Shown here one piece after another: positions 31,316 through 42,812 of a stretch of DNA of 61,171 nt; the stretch's first letter is position 1, and each line of letters starts with the position of its first letter. Made by a program: the position numbers and the translations under genes. The notes under the pieces are model-generated. The model saw only the letters and a list, made by a program, of their open reading frames with translations. It ran no database searches and was not told the DNA's origin. The DNA is from Myxococcota bacterium (GTDB lineage Bacteria > Myxococcota > Myxococcia > Myxococcales > Myxococcaceae): the NCBI GenBank assembly GCA_049322255.1, contig JBMORE010000170.1:1-61171 (forward strand). The letters are read 5' to 3'.

Positions 31316-33321
31316 TCCCTCCGGTCCACCACGAGACAGACCCCGCGCAAGCGGCCAGCGCGCCTATCCACCACTTGGCAGGGGTCGGCCCACTCTTCGA
31401 TGGTGAGAGGTGCTGGCAAATCGGGGTTGAAGGGGGGGCCGTCGTAGCTCACCCGAATGAACGCGCGGTGAAGGTTGCAGCGCGTGTCACCAGGCGGCCC
31501 CCCTGGATTCGGAGGACAGTTGGCCGGGCAGGAGCACCAACTGGCTGGGCCAGAGCACTGGTTGCAGAGGTCGGGGCTGACTCGCACCTGCATCATGAAC
31601 TGCCTTGATCTGAGCTCTGTGCCACAGGGAATCGGCACGACGCTCTTTTCCGACTCCTGGAAGCAGGTGTCGGCGAAGTTGGCACCAGTCTGAAAGTCTC
31701 TCAAGTTCTCGATCACCGTTCGCTCGGCGAGGCGGTTGGCGAGGGCGCTCGCCGCGTGGAGGCCTCGCACCCGCTCGTTGGTCTTGGACGCGCTCAGAAC
31801 GGCGGCCACCGTGCCGAGAATACCGATGGCGAGAACGGACCCGGCGGCCATCAGCTCGATGAGAGTGAACCCTCCCACTGCCCGCCGCCGTCGGCGCCCC
31901 GAATTTCGCCTTCGGTGGGCGAAGGTCGCGGCAAGCCCGAGCCAGGCCAGTCCTGGGCCGCCTGCTCCACACCCACACGGGGGGGGCTCGGGCACAGACC
32001 CGGCCTCGGTCACCTCGATGCCGCTCGCCACCGTCAGCGTTCCCTCCGACGTCTGCGCAGAAACCTCCCGCCTTCCCAATTCGGCAGTGGGCTCGACGTC
32101 GAGGAGGAGCTCGAGCTGGCTGGAGTCGATGGCCGTGGCGCTCACGACGGAGACACCCGCGCCGGTGATGGACACCGAAGCTCCCTGGGGAAACGTGGCA
32201 TCGATGGCCGAAAGCCGAATCGTGCCCTGAGCGCCGCGCGATACGATTCGAGGCGCGGCCCGTAGGCTAGGGGAGAAGACATCGAGCGCGCCCACTGCCG
32301 CATCGACACCGCTCGACACTTTGAGGACGACGTCTCGATCGGCCGGCGCCGCGGCGGTGGCCGTGATGACACTCGTCAACTCGGTGTCGCTCACCACTTG
32401 CACCTGCTCCACCTTGACCTCGGGGTCGAGCGCCAGGACACGGGTGGGGCTCGCGGTGAAGCGTGTGCCGGAAGAGGTGAGCCGCACCACGGTCGGCTCG
32501 CCCGGCTTGACCTTCGCCGGCTCGAGGGTGAGGGGTTTGGAAGCGCGCACGGTGAGACCACCCACGAGGGTGACCTCCTCATATCCGTCTCGCTCGGTGA
32601 TGACGGTGGCGGAATAAGTGCCCGGCACGATGGTGTGGCTGACCGACAAGACGGCATCGGCCCTCGCCGGATCGGTCGGAGCCGAAGAAACCGTGGCAAC
32701 GATGCCCGAGAGAGGAAAGGAGAACCGCGTGCCCTGACCGAAGTGTGTGTTGGCGCCGATGGCGGTGAGGCCGACGCCCTCGGCTCCCGAATCGACTTCG
32801 CTGGGAGAGAGGGAGACGAGCCGCGTCTTCGGGCTCTGCTTCACCAAGAGGCCCTTGGGAAGGGTGTAGGTGGCGTTGAAGACGTTGGTTCCCTTGGGGC
32901 TGATGGTGAAGATGACGGTGCGTGGCCCGGGCATCGCCTCGAGCGCGGCGGAGACCACCATCTCGGCACGGTCGTAGCTTTCGCCCTGCGGCGAAACGAC
33001 ACGGACCGGTCCTGCGCTGACCAGGCCGTCGCCGGCCACCACCGCCGAGACGTTGTAGCGGCTTTCGGTAGAGGTCGTCGTCTCGAGCTCGAAGCCTGGG
33101 TGGTGAGACCGAATCAGGATCGTCGCCGAACCCTCCTGCTCGACCGCTCCCGCGACGGCTGGGTTCGTCCCCATGACGGTGAGACAAATCTCCTCAGCTG
33201 CATCTTCCACGGGGCCGACGCACCCTGTACCGGGGTGCGCCTGACCGAAGGCCACCGAGCCCCCCAACGTGCTCGCTACGGCAACTGCCAGGGCGAACGG
33301 GATGGCAGCATCTCGTTTCAT
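31312..33321 (-). CDS. Fusion protein: signal peptide, Ig-like repeats, MYXO-CTERM-like signal, PilV-like prepilin
   Basis: Uninterrupted frame; PPPCGCGAGGPGLAWLGLAATFAHRRRNSGRRRRRAVGG|FTLIELMAAGSVLAIGILG; coupled to both neighbours. Confidence 0.8.
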   Translation of the reverse strand: MKRDAAIPFALAVAVASTLGGSVAFGQAHPGTGCVGPVEDAAEEICLTVMGTNPAVAGAVEQEGSATILIRSHHPGFELETTTSTESRYNVSAVVAGDGLVSAGPVRVVSPQGESYDRAEMVVSAALEAMPGPRTVIFTISPKGTNVFNATYTLPKGLLVKQSPKTRLVSLSPSEVDSGAEGVGLTAIGANTHFGQGTRFSFPLSGIVATVSSAPTDPARADAVLSVSHTIVPGTYSATVITERDGYEEVTLVGGLTVRASKPLTLEPAKVKPGEPTVVRLTSSGTRFTASPTRVLALDPEVKVEQVQVVSDTELTSVITATAAAPADRDVVLKVSSGVDAAVGALDVFSPSLRAAPRIVSRGAQGTIRLSAIDATFPQGASVSITGAGVSVVSATAIDSSQLELLLDVEPTAELGRREVSAQTSEGTLTVASGIEVTEAGSVPEPPPCGCGAGGPGLAWLGLAATFAHRRRNSGRRRRRAVGGFTLIELMAAGSVLAIGILGTVAAVLSASKTNERVRGLHAASALANRLAERTVIENLRDFQTGANFADTCFQESEKSVVPIPCGTELRSRQFMMQVRVSPDLCNQCSGPASWCSCPANCPPNPGGPPGDTRCNLHRAFIRVSYDGPPFNPDLPAPLTIEEWADPCQVVDRRAGRLRGVCLVVDRRE

Positions 33322-36300
33322 TAGGGGATCCACGATTCAATCCAGTAGATGAACCGAGAGAAAGCACCACTCGTTTTCCCGGGAGTGCTGTCCTCGGTGG
33401 GAGCAGAAGGACCTTCGAGCCTGGTGATGCCGTCCGTCGACGCGGCGTACACACCGCTTTCGCCGACGGCGACCGACGCCGCCACCTGACCGACGTCGAC
33501 GGGGTAGGTCACTTGAGGCACGGTCACGTCGCAAACGTCCTTCTTGTACACGTGGCCTGACTCCCCCTTCACCGCATCGGCCGCTTTCACCGCCGCCGTA
33601 TTGCCGGTGCTTGTCACCAGGTACGCCTTGCATCCACGAATCACCGGCGCGGCAAAGACCCGTTCACCCCACGTACTTCCGACGGGGTAGAAGTAGCCCT
33701 TCCACGTCTCCTCCCAGTACTGCACCGGGTTGGTCGTGTACGCGGCGGTCGACATCTTCCAGATGCGCCCCGCCCCCTTGTCGACGGGGTCGTAGACACC
33801 ATCTCCGTCGTTGTCCATCGAGGTGGTGGCCAGATCGCGCGTGTCGTCGGCGTTGACTATCACTTGGTAGGAGATTCCCGGAGCCCAGTCGACTCCGCTA
33901 CCGGTCACCGCGAGCACGCCCAGCCTACTCATGTTCTGGCCGGACTGCGGTCGGAACGCAGCGAGCGAAACCCCCACCGGATCGGGGAACCAGTACCAGT
34001 CCATGTCGAAGAGCGGAATGGGAAAGGCGGGCTTGCCGCTCTTGATTCTGAACCAGCGGTTGACGGGTCGCTCCGAGTCAGTGAGTTGTGCTTCCCACAC
34101 CCGCCCCTCGAGATCGGGAATGAATACGGTGTCGGTGATGCCATCTTGATCTCGGTCGAGGAGCGTCGGCCGGGGCGGAATGTCGCCCAGGTTTGGCCGG
34201 CGTGGGCTCATCCACCAGTATTTTTGCATGCCGTACCACGAGCTGGTCGAGTCGACGGTCGAGTTGTAATAGCGGAAGAAGTGCCACCACTTGTCGGTGC
34301 AGTTGTACAGGGGTAGCCCTGTTTTGATGTCCAGAGCGAGCGTCAGGAAGCCCTGCGGGTGACCCCAGGGCGGGGGCGGGGCCGTGCCGGTGACGAAAGG
34401 CTCGCCTGGATCCTGGATGCCGTCCTCATCTGTGTCGAGGTAGGAGCGGTTTTGCGCGGTGAAGATGACCGCCGAGACAGGTCTTAGGCCGATGCGCATC
34501 TCGGCAATCACTGCACCGGCCGACTCGCCCAGCACGTGCGCCGCGTTGGGCTGGGTGACGTCATAGGTCTTCTTGGCGCTGTCGGAGTGGTCTACGTCGG
34601 TCAGCTTACAGGTATTGAACGTGGGGTCCTGCGGGTCGCCCTTCTCCCAGAGCACCTCGACCTTGTCCCACGACGTCGGGTCGGTCACGTCGAGCGCGAA
34701 GATGCGGTTCCCGCCCTCCCGGAGGGTGCCGACCAGTACGGTGCGCCACTGTCGTTTGCCCGTTCCGTCAAAGTCCTCGAACACGTCCGAAACCGCCAAG
34801 ACGCCATCGACCAGGGCCGAGTTGGTGCGGAGCCTGGTGAGCTGGCTGTTGGGCAAAAACGACCAGAGCACGGTGCCCGGCGCAGGGGGGGAGAAGCCAG
34901 GGTGACTGTCGCCCCCCGAGACATAGACGGCATGCACCTGGCCGTCGAGCGCGCCAAAGTAGGCGATGGTGGGCCGGGTGCCCTTGGCGGCGCCCGGAGG
35001 GTTGCGGTAGCCAGCCACGGCGCTGGGAGGGACGAGCACTGGCGTCGAGCGGTCGATGCCTCCCAGGCGCGGCCTGATGTTGTCGTACGGGTCTCCGTTG
35101 TAGGCGCCGGTCGCTTCGCAGAAGGAGGGGACATTGGGAGGGGCGACCGTCGTATTCCATCGGCAGCCCGCGCGCGCCCGGAGCACCTGCTCGATCAATG
35201 CCCTGGCGTCGGCGGCACTGCCCACCCCGACCAACTTCTTGAGCTGTCCTGGGGGGATGACCGCCTTGCTGCCGATGTCGTACAGCAGCTCCTTTTCGAA
35301 GGGGCCGGCTTTCTCTGGATTGGAGGGTGCTCCATCGGCCTTACACGTCGCCGAGCCGGCCGACTCCGGGCAATAAAAATGGGTGAACACGGCGCGCTCG
35401 TACCAGGGCTTGGGCTTGGCGACCCAGGTGATGGTGATGCCTTCGAAATCTTTGCGGCTCAACAGCGGGATGGGGCCGGTCGGATATTCGCGGAAGTTCC
35501 CAGGCACCGAGGGGAAGACCCAGTTGTTGGCGTCGGCGGCGGAGGTGAAGGTGTCGGTGGTGGTGATGTCGAGGAGGGCGTTCGATTGGCGGAAGGTGCC
35601 TTGGTACAGCTCTTCTCCTTTGACGATGGGGTTTCCGTCGTGAAGCACCGGCGAGGAGCGGGCCAGCTCGGTCTCCCTGATTTGGAAGCCCAGCCCGAAG
35701 AGGCTGCTCATCACCAAGCGGATACCGTCGGTCTTCCCATCGTAGGTGTCGCCCTCGAGGTAGACGACGATGCCCGCTTCCGGGTTGGCGGGGTCCTTGT
35801 AGATGGTGAACCAATCGTTCTCTTCCGCCGGCAAGCCGGTGCAGCCCGTGGAGTTCTTGCAGCCGAAGATGAGCCGGGTCACGCCCGCCTTGTATCCACC
35901 CGCGGCTGGGTCGTAGCTGTAAACGGCAGGACGCGCTGCTCCGTAACGGTTGGCACCGACGGTATACGGTGCCCAGCTCTTGGTGTTGCCGCCCGTGCCG
36001 AGGAAATAGAAGTCGCCGACCTGCAGCAGCAGGTTCCTGAACTGGGTCGGGTTGTAGGTGGTTTTTATGTTGCAAGGAGTGCTGCAGATATTTCCACCGC
36101 AGCCTGAGGCCAGGTTACAGCACCCGACGCAGCTCCCCGAGGTTCCTGAGGGCGAACCGAGCCCCGGGTTTCTCTGCAACCCGTTTTGGCTCATGAAGCT
36201 GGTGATGAGGTTGGGGTAGGTGACCGAGCGGACGGGGGGGCTCTCGAAGCTCGGCACCCCCGCGCACTCCGAAATCACCGCTCCGCCCGCCTTGTTGAAA

Positions 36301-37454
36301 TTGACGATTTCCTCGAAGTAGCGCGCCCCGTTGGGCTTGCCCGTCACACCGTTCATGCCGGTCGGCGAGCTCCAGTGGGGAAACCAGGCTTCGGTGTAAT
36401 AGAGGCGCCCATCCGTCAGCCTCCACTGGGAAAGGACCTTGTCGTCGTAGGCCGCATCGACCATCGCGTCCGAGCCGGCGTTGTCCCCGAACACGTCGTA
36501 GACCTGCCCAGGCCCCGCGTGGGTGCGTCCGCCAAAGACCCCGTTGATGAATCCGCCTTTCACCATGAAGGGTTGGGGCTTCACAGTTCCGGTGCTGACA
36601 TACCGGCCCATCGCCGGGCCGATGGTGCAGGTCGCGCTCGCGCAGGAGGCGAGCTCGCGAATCCGGCAACACGAGTCGCTGTCCAAGTCGACGAGCGTCG
36701 CCGATGCGAAGTCGAGACCCGACTGGTCCATGTACGCGGACATTTTCGTGTAGTCGGTGCCTGACGCATTGACCATGACCGGTCGCATCGACTCGTTCAT
36801 GATTTTGGCGACGTCACCATTGAAGGAGACCTGGGCTTGGTAAATTCGAACGTTGGCAAAGAAGGTGGCGTAGTTGCCTCCGCTCGCGCGGGTCGGCGGC
36901 ACCCGGGCCAACTGCTGAAGCACACGCAGTGCCCTGGCGGCTTCATTGGCATGAATGACGAATGGGCCGCCCTTGAACGACACGGTCCCAGTGGTTTGGG
37001 GGGCAATCGGATTGATGTTGTAGTACCAAGTGCCGGTGTACGGAGCAGCGCCCCGGTTGAGTTGGGCCACCGGCCACCACCAGGGACTGTTGATTTGGAG
37101 GTCGACTCCGTCGATCGACGTCTTGGCGGAGTTCACTATCCAGCTGACGGTGATACCGTGCCGGAGCAAGAACCAGAGCGTTCCATAGGTCATCGTCGCC
37201 GAGTTGGGCGGAGCGCCAATGGCCGGGTTTCCTGGTTTTGGGGTGAAGGTGGCCGCCGTCGGAGTGGTGTAGCCGCCGGACCACTCCGGGTTCTCGCACG
37301 GGGCAGCCGGCGAGGTGTTCTGGCCTGGCTGCCAGCAGTTGTCCATCGGGATGATGAGAGAACCTGCCGGGAAGGTTCGAATCTTCGCCCAGGCGGTGAC
37401 AGGAGCGGTGAAGGCGCCCGCCAACAAGAGCGCTGCGGTCATCCTGAGCTTCAT
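33321..37454 (-). CDS. pilY1: PilY1-like pilus tip adhesin (1377 aa)
   Basis: Signal peptide; PilC/PilY1 propeller motifs (YFGALDGQVHAV, LWSFLP, WRTVLVG...GG..IFALDVTDP, DRDQDGITD, DLEGRVW). Confidence 0.85.
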   Translation of the reverse strand: MKLRMTAALLLAGAFTAPVTAWAKIRTFPAGSLIIPMDNCWQPGQNTSPAAPCENPEWSGGYTTPTAATFTPKPGNPAIGAPPNSATMTYGTLWFLLRHGITVSWIVNSAKTSIDGVDLQINSPWWWPVAQLNRGAAPYTGTWYYNINPIAPQTTGTVSFKGGPFVIHANEAARALRVLQQLARVPPTRASGGNYATFFANVRIYQAQVSFNGDVAKIMNESMRPVMVNASGTDYTKMSAYMDQSGLDFASATLVDLDSDSCCRIRELASCASATCTIGPAMGRYVSTGTVKPQPFMVKGGFINGVFGGRTHAGPGQVYDVFGDNAGSDAMVDAAYDDKVLSQWRLTDGRLYYTEAWFPHWSSPTGMNGVTGKPNGARYFEEIVNFNKAGGAVISECAGVPSFESPPVRSVTYPNLITSFMSQNGLQRNPGLGSPSGTSGSCVGCCNLASGCGGNICSTPCNIKTTYNPTQFRNLLLQVGDFYFLGTGGNTKSWAPYTVGANRYGAARPAVYSYDPAAGGYKAGVTRLIFGCKNSTGCTGLPAEENDWFTIYKDPANPEAGIVVYLEGDTYDGKTDGIRLVMSSLFGLGFQIRETELARSSPVLHDGNPIVKGEELYQGTFRQSNALLDITTTDTFTSAADANNWVFPSVPGNFREYPTGPIPLLSRKDFEGITITWVAKPKPWYERAVFTHFYCPESAGSATCKADGAPSNPEKAGPFEKELLYDIGSKAVIPPGQLKKLVGVGSAADARALIEQVLRARAGCRWNTTVAPPNVPSFCEATGAYNGDPYDNIRPRLGGIDRSTPVLVPPSAVAGYRNPPGAAKGTRPTIAYFGALDGQVHAVYVSGGDSHPGFSPPAPGTVLWSFLPNSQLTRLRTNSALVDGVLAVSDVFEDFDGTGKRQWRTVLVGTLREGGNRIFALDVTDPTSWDKVEVLWEKGDPQDPTFNTCKLTDVDHSDSAKKTYDVTQPNAAHVLGESAGAVIAEMRIGLRPVSAVIFTAQNRSYLDTDEDGIQDPGEPFVTGTAPPPPWGHPQGFLTLALDIKTGLPLYNCTDKWWHFFRYYNSTVDSTSSWYGMQKYWWMSPRRPNLGDIPPRPTLLDRDQDGITDTVFIPDLEGRVWEAQLTDSERPVNRWFRIKSGKPAFPIPLFDMDWYWFPDPVGVSLAAFRPQSGQNMSRLGVLAVTGSGVDWAPGISYQVIVNADDTRDLATTSMDNDGDGVYDPVDKGAGRIWKMSTAAYTTNPVQYWEETWKGYFYPVGSTWGERVFAAPVIRGCKAYLVTSTGNTAAVKAADAVKGESGHVYKKDVCDVTVPQVTYPVDVGQVAASVAVGESGVYAASTDGITRLEGPSAPTEDSTPGKTSGAFSRFIYWIESWIP

Positions 37455-37484
37455 GGGAAAATCCTCCGAGAGCTGAGCGGGAAC

Positions 37485-37501
37485 AGCACCTTCCAGGCCA
37501 G
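37485..37501 (-). promoter_or_regulatory. Candidate sigma54 promoter of the pilY1 operon
   Basis: Minus-strand CTGGCCTGGAAGGTGCT (GG-N10-GC) upstream of the GGAGGA RBS. Confidence 0.5.
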
Positions 37502-37627
37502 CTTCCGGAGTCGATTTTTCACTGTCGCGACCTGCGCTTAGCCTCGACCAGCCATCGTCTCGCTACGCAACCGGTGCGAGCATCGCAAAGATTGCAAGTG
37601 AGTAAAGGTACGCCCGAGGTTCAGCAC

Positions 37628-38347
37628 CTACGACTTCACCGCGTACTTCACGATGGCGTACAGCGCCCGGAAGCCATCCTTCCAGCCGATTTTTTTCCCC
37701 TCTTCATAGGTGCGGCCGAAGTAGCGGATGGGCACCTCGTACACCCGGTATCCCCCCCGGGCGACTTTGGCGGTGATTTCGGGCTCGATGCCGAAGCGGT
37801 CTTCCTCGAGAGCGAGGTTCTTCACCACCTCGGCGCGGAAGGCCTTGTAGCAGGTCTCCATGTCGGTGAGGTTCAACCCGCTGGTCATGTTGGAAAGGGT
37901 GGTCAGCCCCCGGTTCACCACCGAGTGCCAAAAGTAGAGCACCCGCCGCGTCTCTCCGATGAAGCGGCTGCCGAACACCACGTCGGCGTGGCCCTGCACG
38001 ATGGGCTCGATGACCCGCGGAATGTCGTGGGGGTCGTACTCCAAGTCGGCGTCTTGCACGATGACGATGTCTCCGCTCGCCTCGGCAAACCCGCGCCGCA
38101 ACGCCGCTCCTTTGCCCTGGTTCTTCTCCTGGAGCAGCACCTTCACGCGGTTCTCGTTGTGGGGCGTACCGTTCAAAAGCTCGACGCCCTGGGCGGACAG
38201 CTCTTGCAAGAGCTCCCGGCTGCCGTCCGTGGAGCAGTCGTCGATGATGACCAGCTCTTTGGGAAAGTCGACCTCCACGACCCGGCGCAAGAGCTCCGCG
38301 AGCGTACGCATTTCGTTGTAGACGGGGATGACGACGGAGACGAGCAC
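37628..38347 (-). CDS. GT2 glycosyltransferase (polyprenol-phosphate glycosyltransferase-like)
   Basis: VIPVYNE, DDCSTDG, GKGAA, QDADLEY, TDMETCYK. Confidence 0.92.
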   Translation of the reverse strand: MLVSVVIPVYNEMRTLAELLRRVVEVDFPKELVIIDDCSTDGSRELLQELSAQGVELLNGTPHNENRVKVLLQEKNQGKGAALRRGFAEASGDIVIVQDADLEYDPHDIPRVIEPIVQGHADVVFGSRFIGETRRVLYFWHSVVNRGLTTLSNMTSGLNLTDMETCYKAFRAEVVKNLALEEDRFGIEPEITAKVARGGYRVYEVPIRYFGRTYEEGKKIGWKDGFRALYAIVKYAVKS

Positions 38348-38389
38348 GGCCGGTCCTTAGCACCGGGCGTGCTAGGGTTTCCATAGCTC

Positions 38390-40599
<2,210 letters not shown>

Positions 40600-40603
<4 letters not shown>

Positions 40604-40634
40604 CATCACGCCATCATCAACAAATGATGTTGGT
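40600..40634 (+). promoter_or_regulatory. vapBC promoter and operator
   Basis: TTGACA 40600-40605, 17 bp, AATGAT; IR CATCAT/ATGATG at 40612-40629. Confidence 0.55.
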
Positions 40635-40868
40635 ATGCACCGCACCACGATAAATCTTGATGAGGCTATCTACCGGAAGGTACTGAACCTAGCGAAACGA
40701 CAAGGAAAATCGCTTGCCCGGACGATTGAGCAGCTCCTGCGCGAATCGCTTCCAGGCGAGCACGCGGTAGGGCGCATTTCGGCCCCCCTTCATCGGGAGA
40801 ACGGTCCACTCCCCGGGGTGGATATCGCCGACCGTGACCGGCTCTACGAGCTGATGGATGGGCGTTGA
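40635..40868 (+). CDS. vapB: VapB-type ribbon-helix-helix antitoxin
   Basis: MHRTTINLDE...; C-terminal GVDIADRDRLYELMD; directly precedes a PIN gene. Confidence 0.85.
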   Translation: MHRTTINLDEAIYRKVLNLAKRQGKSLARTIEQLLRESLPGEHAVGRISAPLHRENGPLPGVDIADRDRLYELMDGR

Positions 40869-41306
40869 GTGTTCGCGGTCGATACCAATGTCTTGGTGTA
40901 CGCCCATTTCGACCTCTATCCGCAGCACCAACGTGCGCGGCGATTCGTCGAAGTGCATCTGCTCGGGGACGATGATTGGTGCATGGGGTGGCAGGTCTAT
41001 TACGAGTACCTGCGAATCGTGACGCACCCCAAGATTCACAAAGCTCCACTGACGCTCGCCCAGGCGATAGGAGATCTCGATGTCTACGTCCGTTCGCCAC
41101 GCTGTCAGATGTTGAGCCATACGCCCCAGCACCGGCAGATTCTCGAGGCGGTCACCCGGAGGGTGGAGGCAGTTTCCGGAAATCTCGTGCATGACTGCCA
41201 CTACGCGGCCCTTCTGCACGAGCACGGGATTCAGACCATCTACACGGCCGATGCCGATTTCCGGCGCTTTGACTTTCTGGAGGTCATCGACCCCACAGCG
41301 GCATAG
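40869..41306 (+). CDS. vapC: VapC PIN-domain toxin
   Basis: VDTNVLVYA, EYLR, HDCHYAA, TADADF. Confidence 0.92.
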   Translation: MFAVDTNVLVYAHFDLYPQHQRARRFVEVHLLGDDDWCMGWQVYYEYLRIVTHPKIHKAPLTLAQAIGDLDVYVRSPRCQMLSHTPQHRQILEAVTRRVEAVSGNLVHDCHYAALLHEHGIQTIYTADADFRRFDFLEVIDPTAA

Positions 41307-41333
41307 GCAGGCCCTGTGCTACACCCTCGCCTC

Positions 41334-42812
41334 ATGCAAAAGCACAACAACTTCATCGGGGGCGAGTGGCTGGCGCCCTCCACCGGCGAGTGGGCGCCCA
41401 ACAAAAACCCGGCCAACACCGACGATGTGGTGGGGCACTATCCGGTCTCGGGGAAGAAAGACGCCGAAGAGGCGGTGCGCGCCGCGAAGGAAGCCTTCCC
41501 CGCGTGGGCGAGCACTCCCGGCCCCGCGCGCGGGCGCATCTTGTGGAAGGCGGTGGAGCTCTTCAAAGCGCGCCTCGACGAGCTGGCCCGTACCTTGTGC
41601 CGCGAGGAGGGCAAGACGGTCGCCGAGGCCAAGGGGGAGATTCAAAAAGGCATCAACCTGCTCGAGTTCTACGCCGGCGAGGGCTTTCGGCTGCACGGCA
41701 AGACGTTGCCCTCCGAGCTGCGCCAGACGCTCACCTTCACCTTGCGCCAGCCGCTGGGGGTGGTGGCGCTCATCACCCCCTGGAATTTTCCCTTCGCCAT
41801 TCCGGTGTGGAAGAGCGCTCCGGCGCTGGTGACGGGAAACACGGTGGTGCTCAAGCCGGCGTCGAACACCCCGGGCACCGCCACCCTCATCGCCCACATT
41901 TTCGCCGACGCCGGTTTGCCCAAGGGCGTCTTCAACTTGGTCACCGGCCCTGGGGGCGCGGTGGGCAACACCCTGGTCGACCACCCCCACGTTCAGGCGG
42001 TGTCCTTCACCGGCTCCAACGCCATCGGGTTGGCGCTCAACGAGCGCGCCGCCAAGCGGGGCATCAAAGTCACCGCGGAGATGGGCGGGAAAAACCCGGT
42101 GGTGGTGATGGACGACGCCGACTTGGATTTGGCGGTCACCGGCATCCTCCAGGGGGCATACGGCTCCACCGGGCAGCGTTGCACTGCCACCTCGCGGGTG
42201 GTGGTGCAAAAAGGCGTGGCCAAGGAAGTCGTCGCGCGGCTGGTGGCGGGGGCGAAGAAGCTCGAGGTGGGCAATGGGCTGACGGAGGGGGTGGACATGG
42301 GCCCGGCGGTGGACCAAGGGCAGCTCAAGACCGACCTCGACTACATCCAAATCGCGCAGGACGAGGGAGCGACGCTGGCCGCGGGGGGCAAGCGGCTTGT
42401 CGGCGGTGCCTATGACAAGGGTTACTTCGTCGAGCCCACCGTCTTCACCGGGGTGCGGCCGGGCATGCGTATTCACCAGGAGGAGGTCTTCGGCCCGGTC
42501 ATCGCCGTGGTGGAGGTCGCCGACTTCGAGGAGGCGCTCGCCGCCGCCAACGGGGTGGAGTTCGGGCTGTCGGCGTCCATCTACACGCGCGACGCCAACG
42601 TGGCGATGAAGTTCGTGGAGAAGAGCGAGGTGGGGATGGTGCACGTCAACAACCCCACCGTGGGCGGGGAAGCGCAGCTGCCCTTCGGCGGGTGGAAGAG
42701 CACCGGCGTGGGGGAGCGCGAGATGGCCGAGGAGGGCGCCGAGTTCTTCACCCAGCTCAAGACGGTGTTCTTCGACTACACCGGCGCCGCGCGCAGCTCG
42801 AAGATTTATTAG
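41334..42812 (+). CDS. Aldehyde dehydrogenase
   Basis: ITPWNFP, FTGS, EMGGKNP, GQRCTA, EEVFGPV, PFGG. Confidence 0.95.
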   Translation: MQKHNNFIGGEWLAPSTGEWAPNKNPANTDDVVGHYPVSGKKDAEEAVRAAKEAFPAWASTPGPARGRILWKAVELFKARLDELARTLCREEGKTVAEAKGEIQKGINLLEFYAGEGFRLHGKTLPSELRQTLTFTLRQPLGVVALITPWNFPFAIPVWKSAPALVTGNTVVLKPASNTPGTATLIAHIFADAGLPKGVFNLVTGPGGAVGNTLVDHPHVQAVSFTGSNAIGLALNERAAKRGIKVTAEMGGKNPVVVMDDADLDLAVTGILQGAYGSTGQRCTATSRVVVQKGVAKEVVARLVAGAKKLEVGNGLTEGVDMGPAVDQGQLKTDLDYIQIAQDEGATLAAGGKRLVGGAYDKGYFVEPTVFTGVRPGMRIHQEEVFGPVIAVVEVADFEEALAAANGVEFGLSASIYTRDANVAMKFVEKSEVGMVHVNNPTVGGEAQLPFGGWKSTGVGEREMAEEGAEFFTQLKTVFFDYTGAARSSKIY

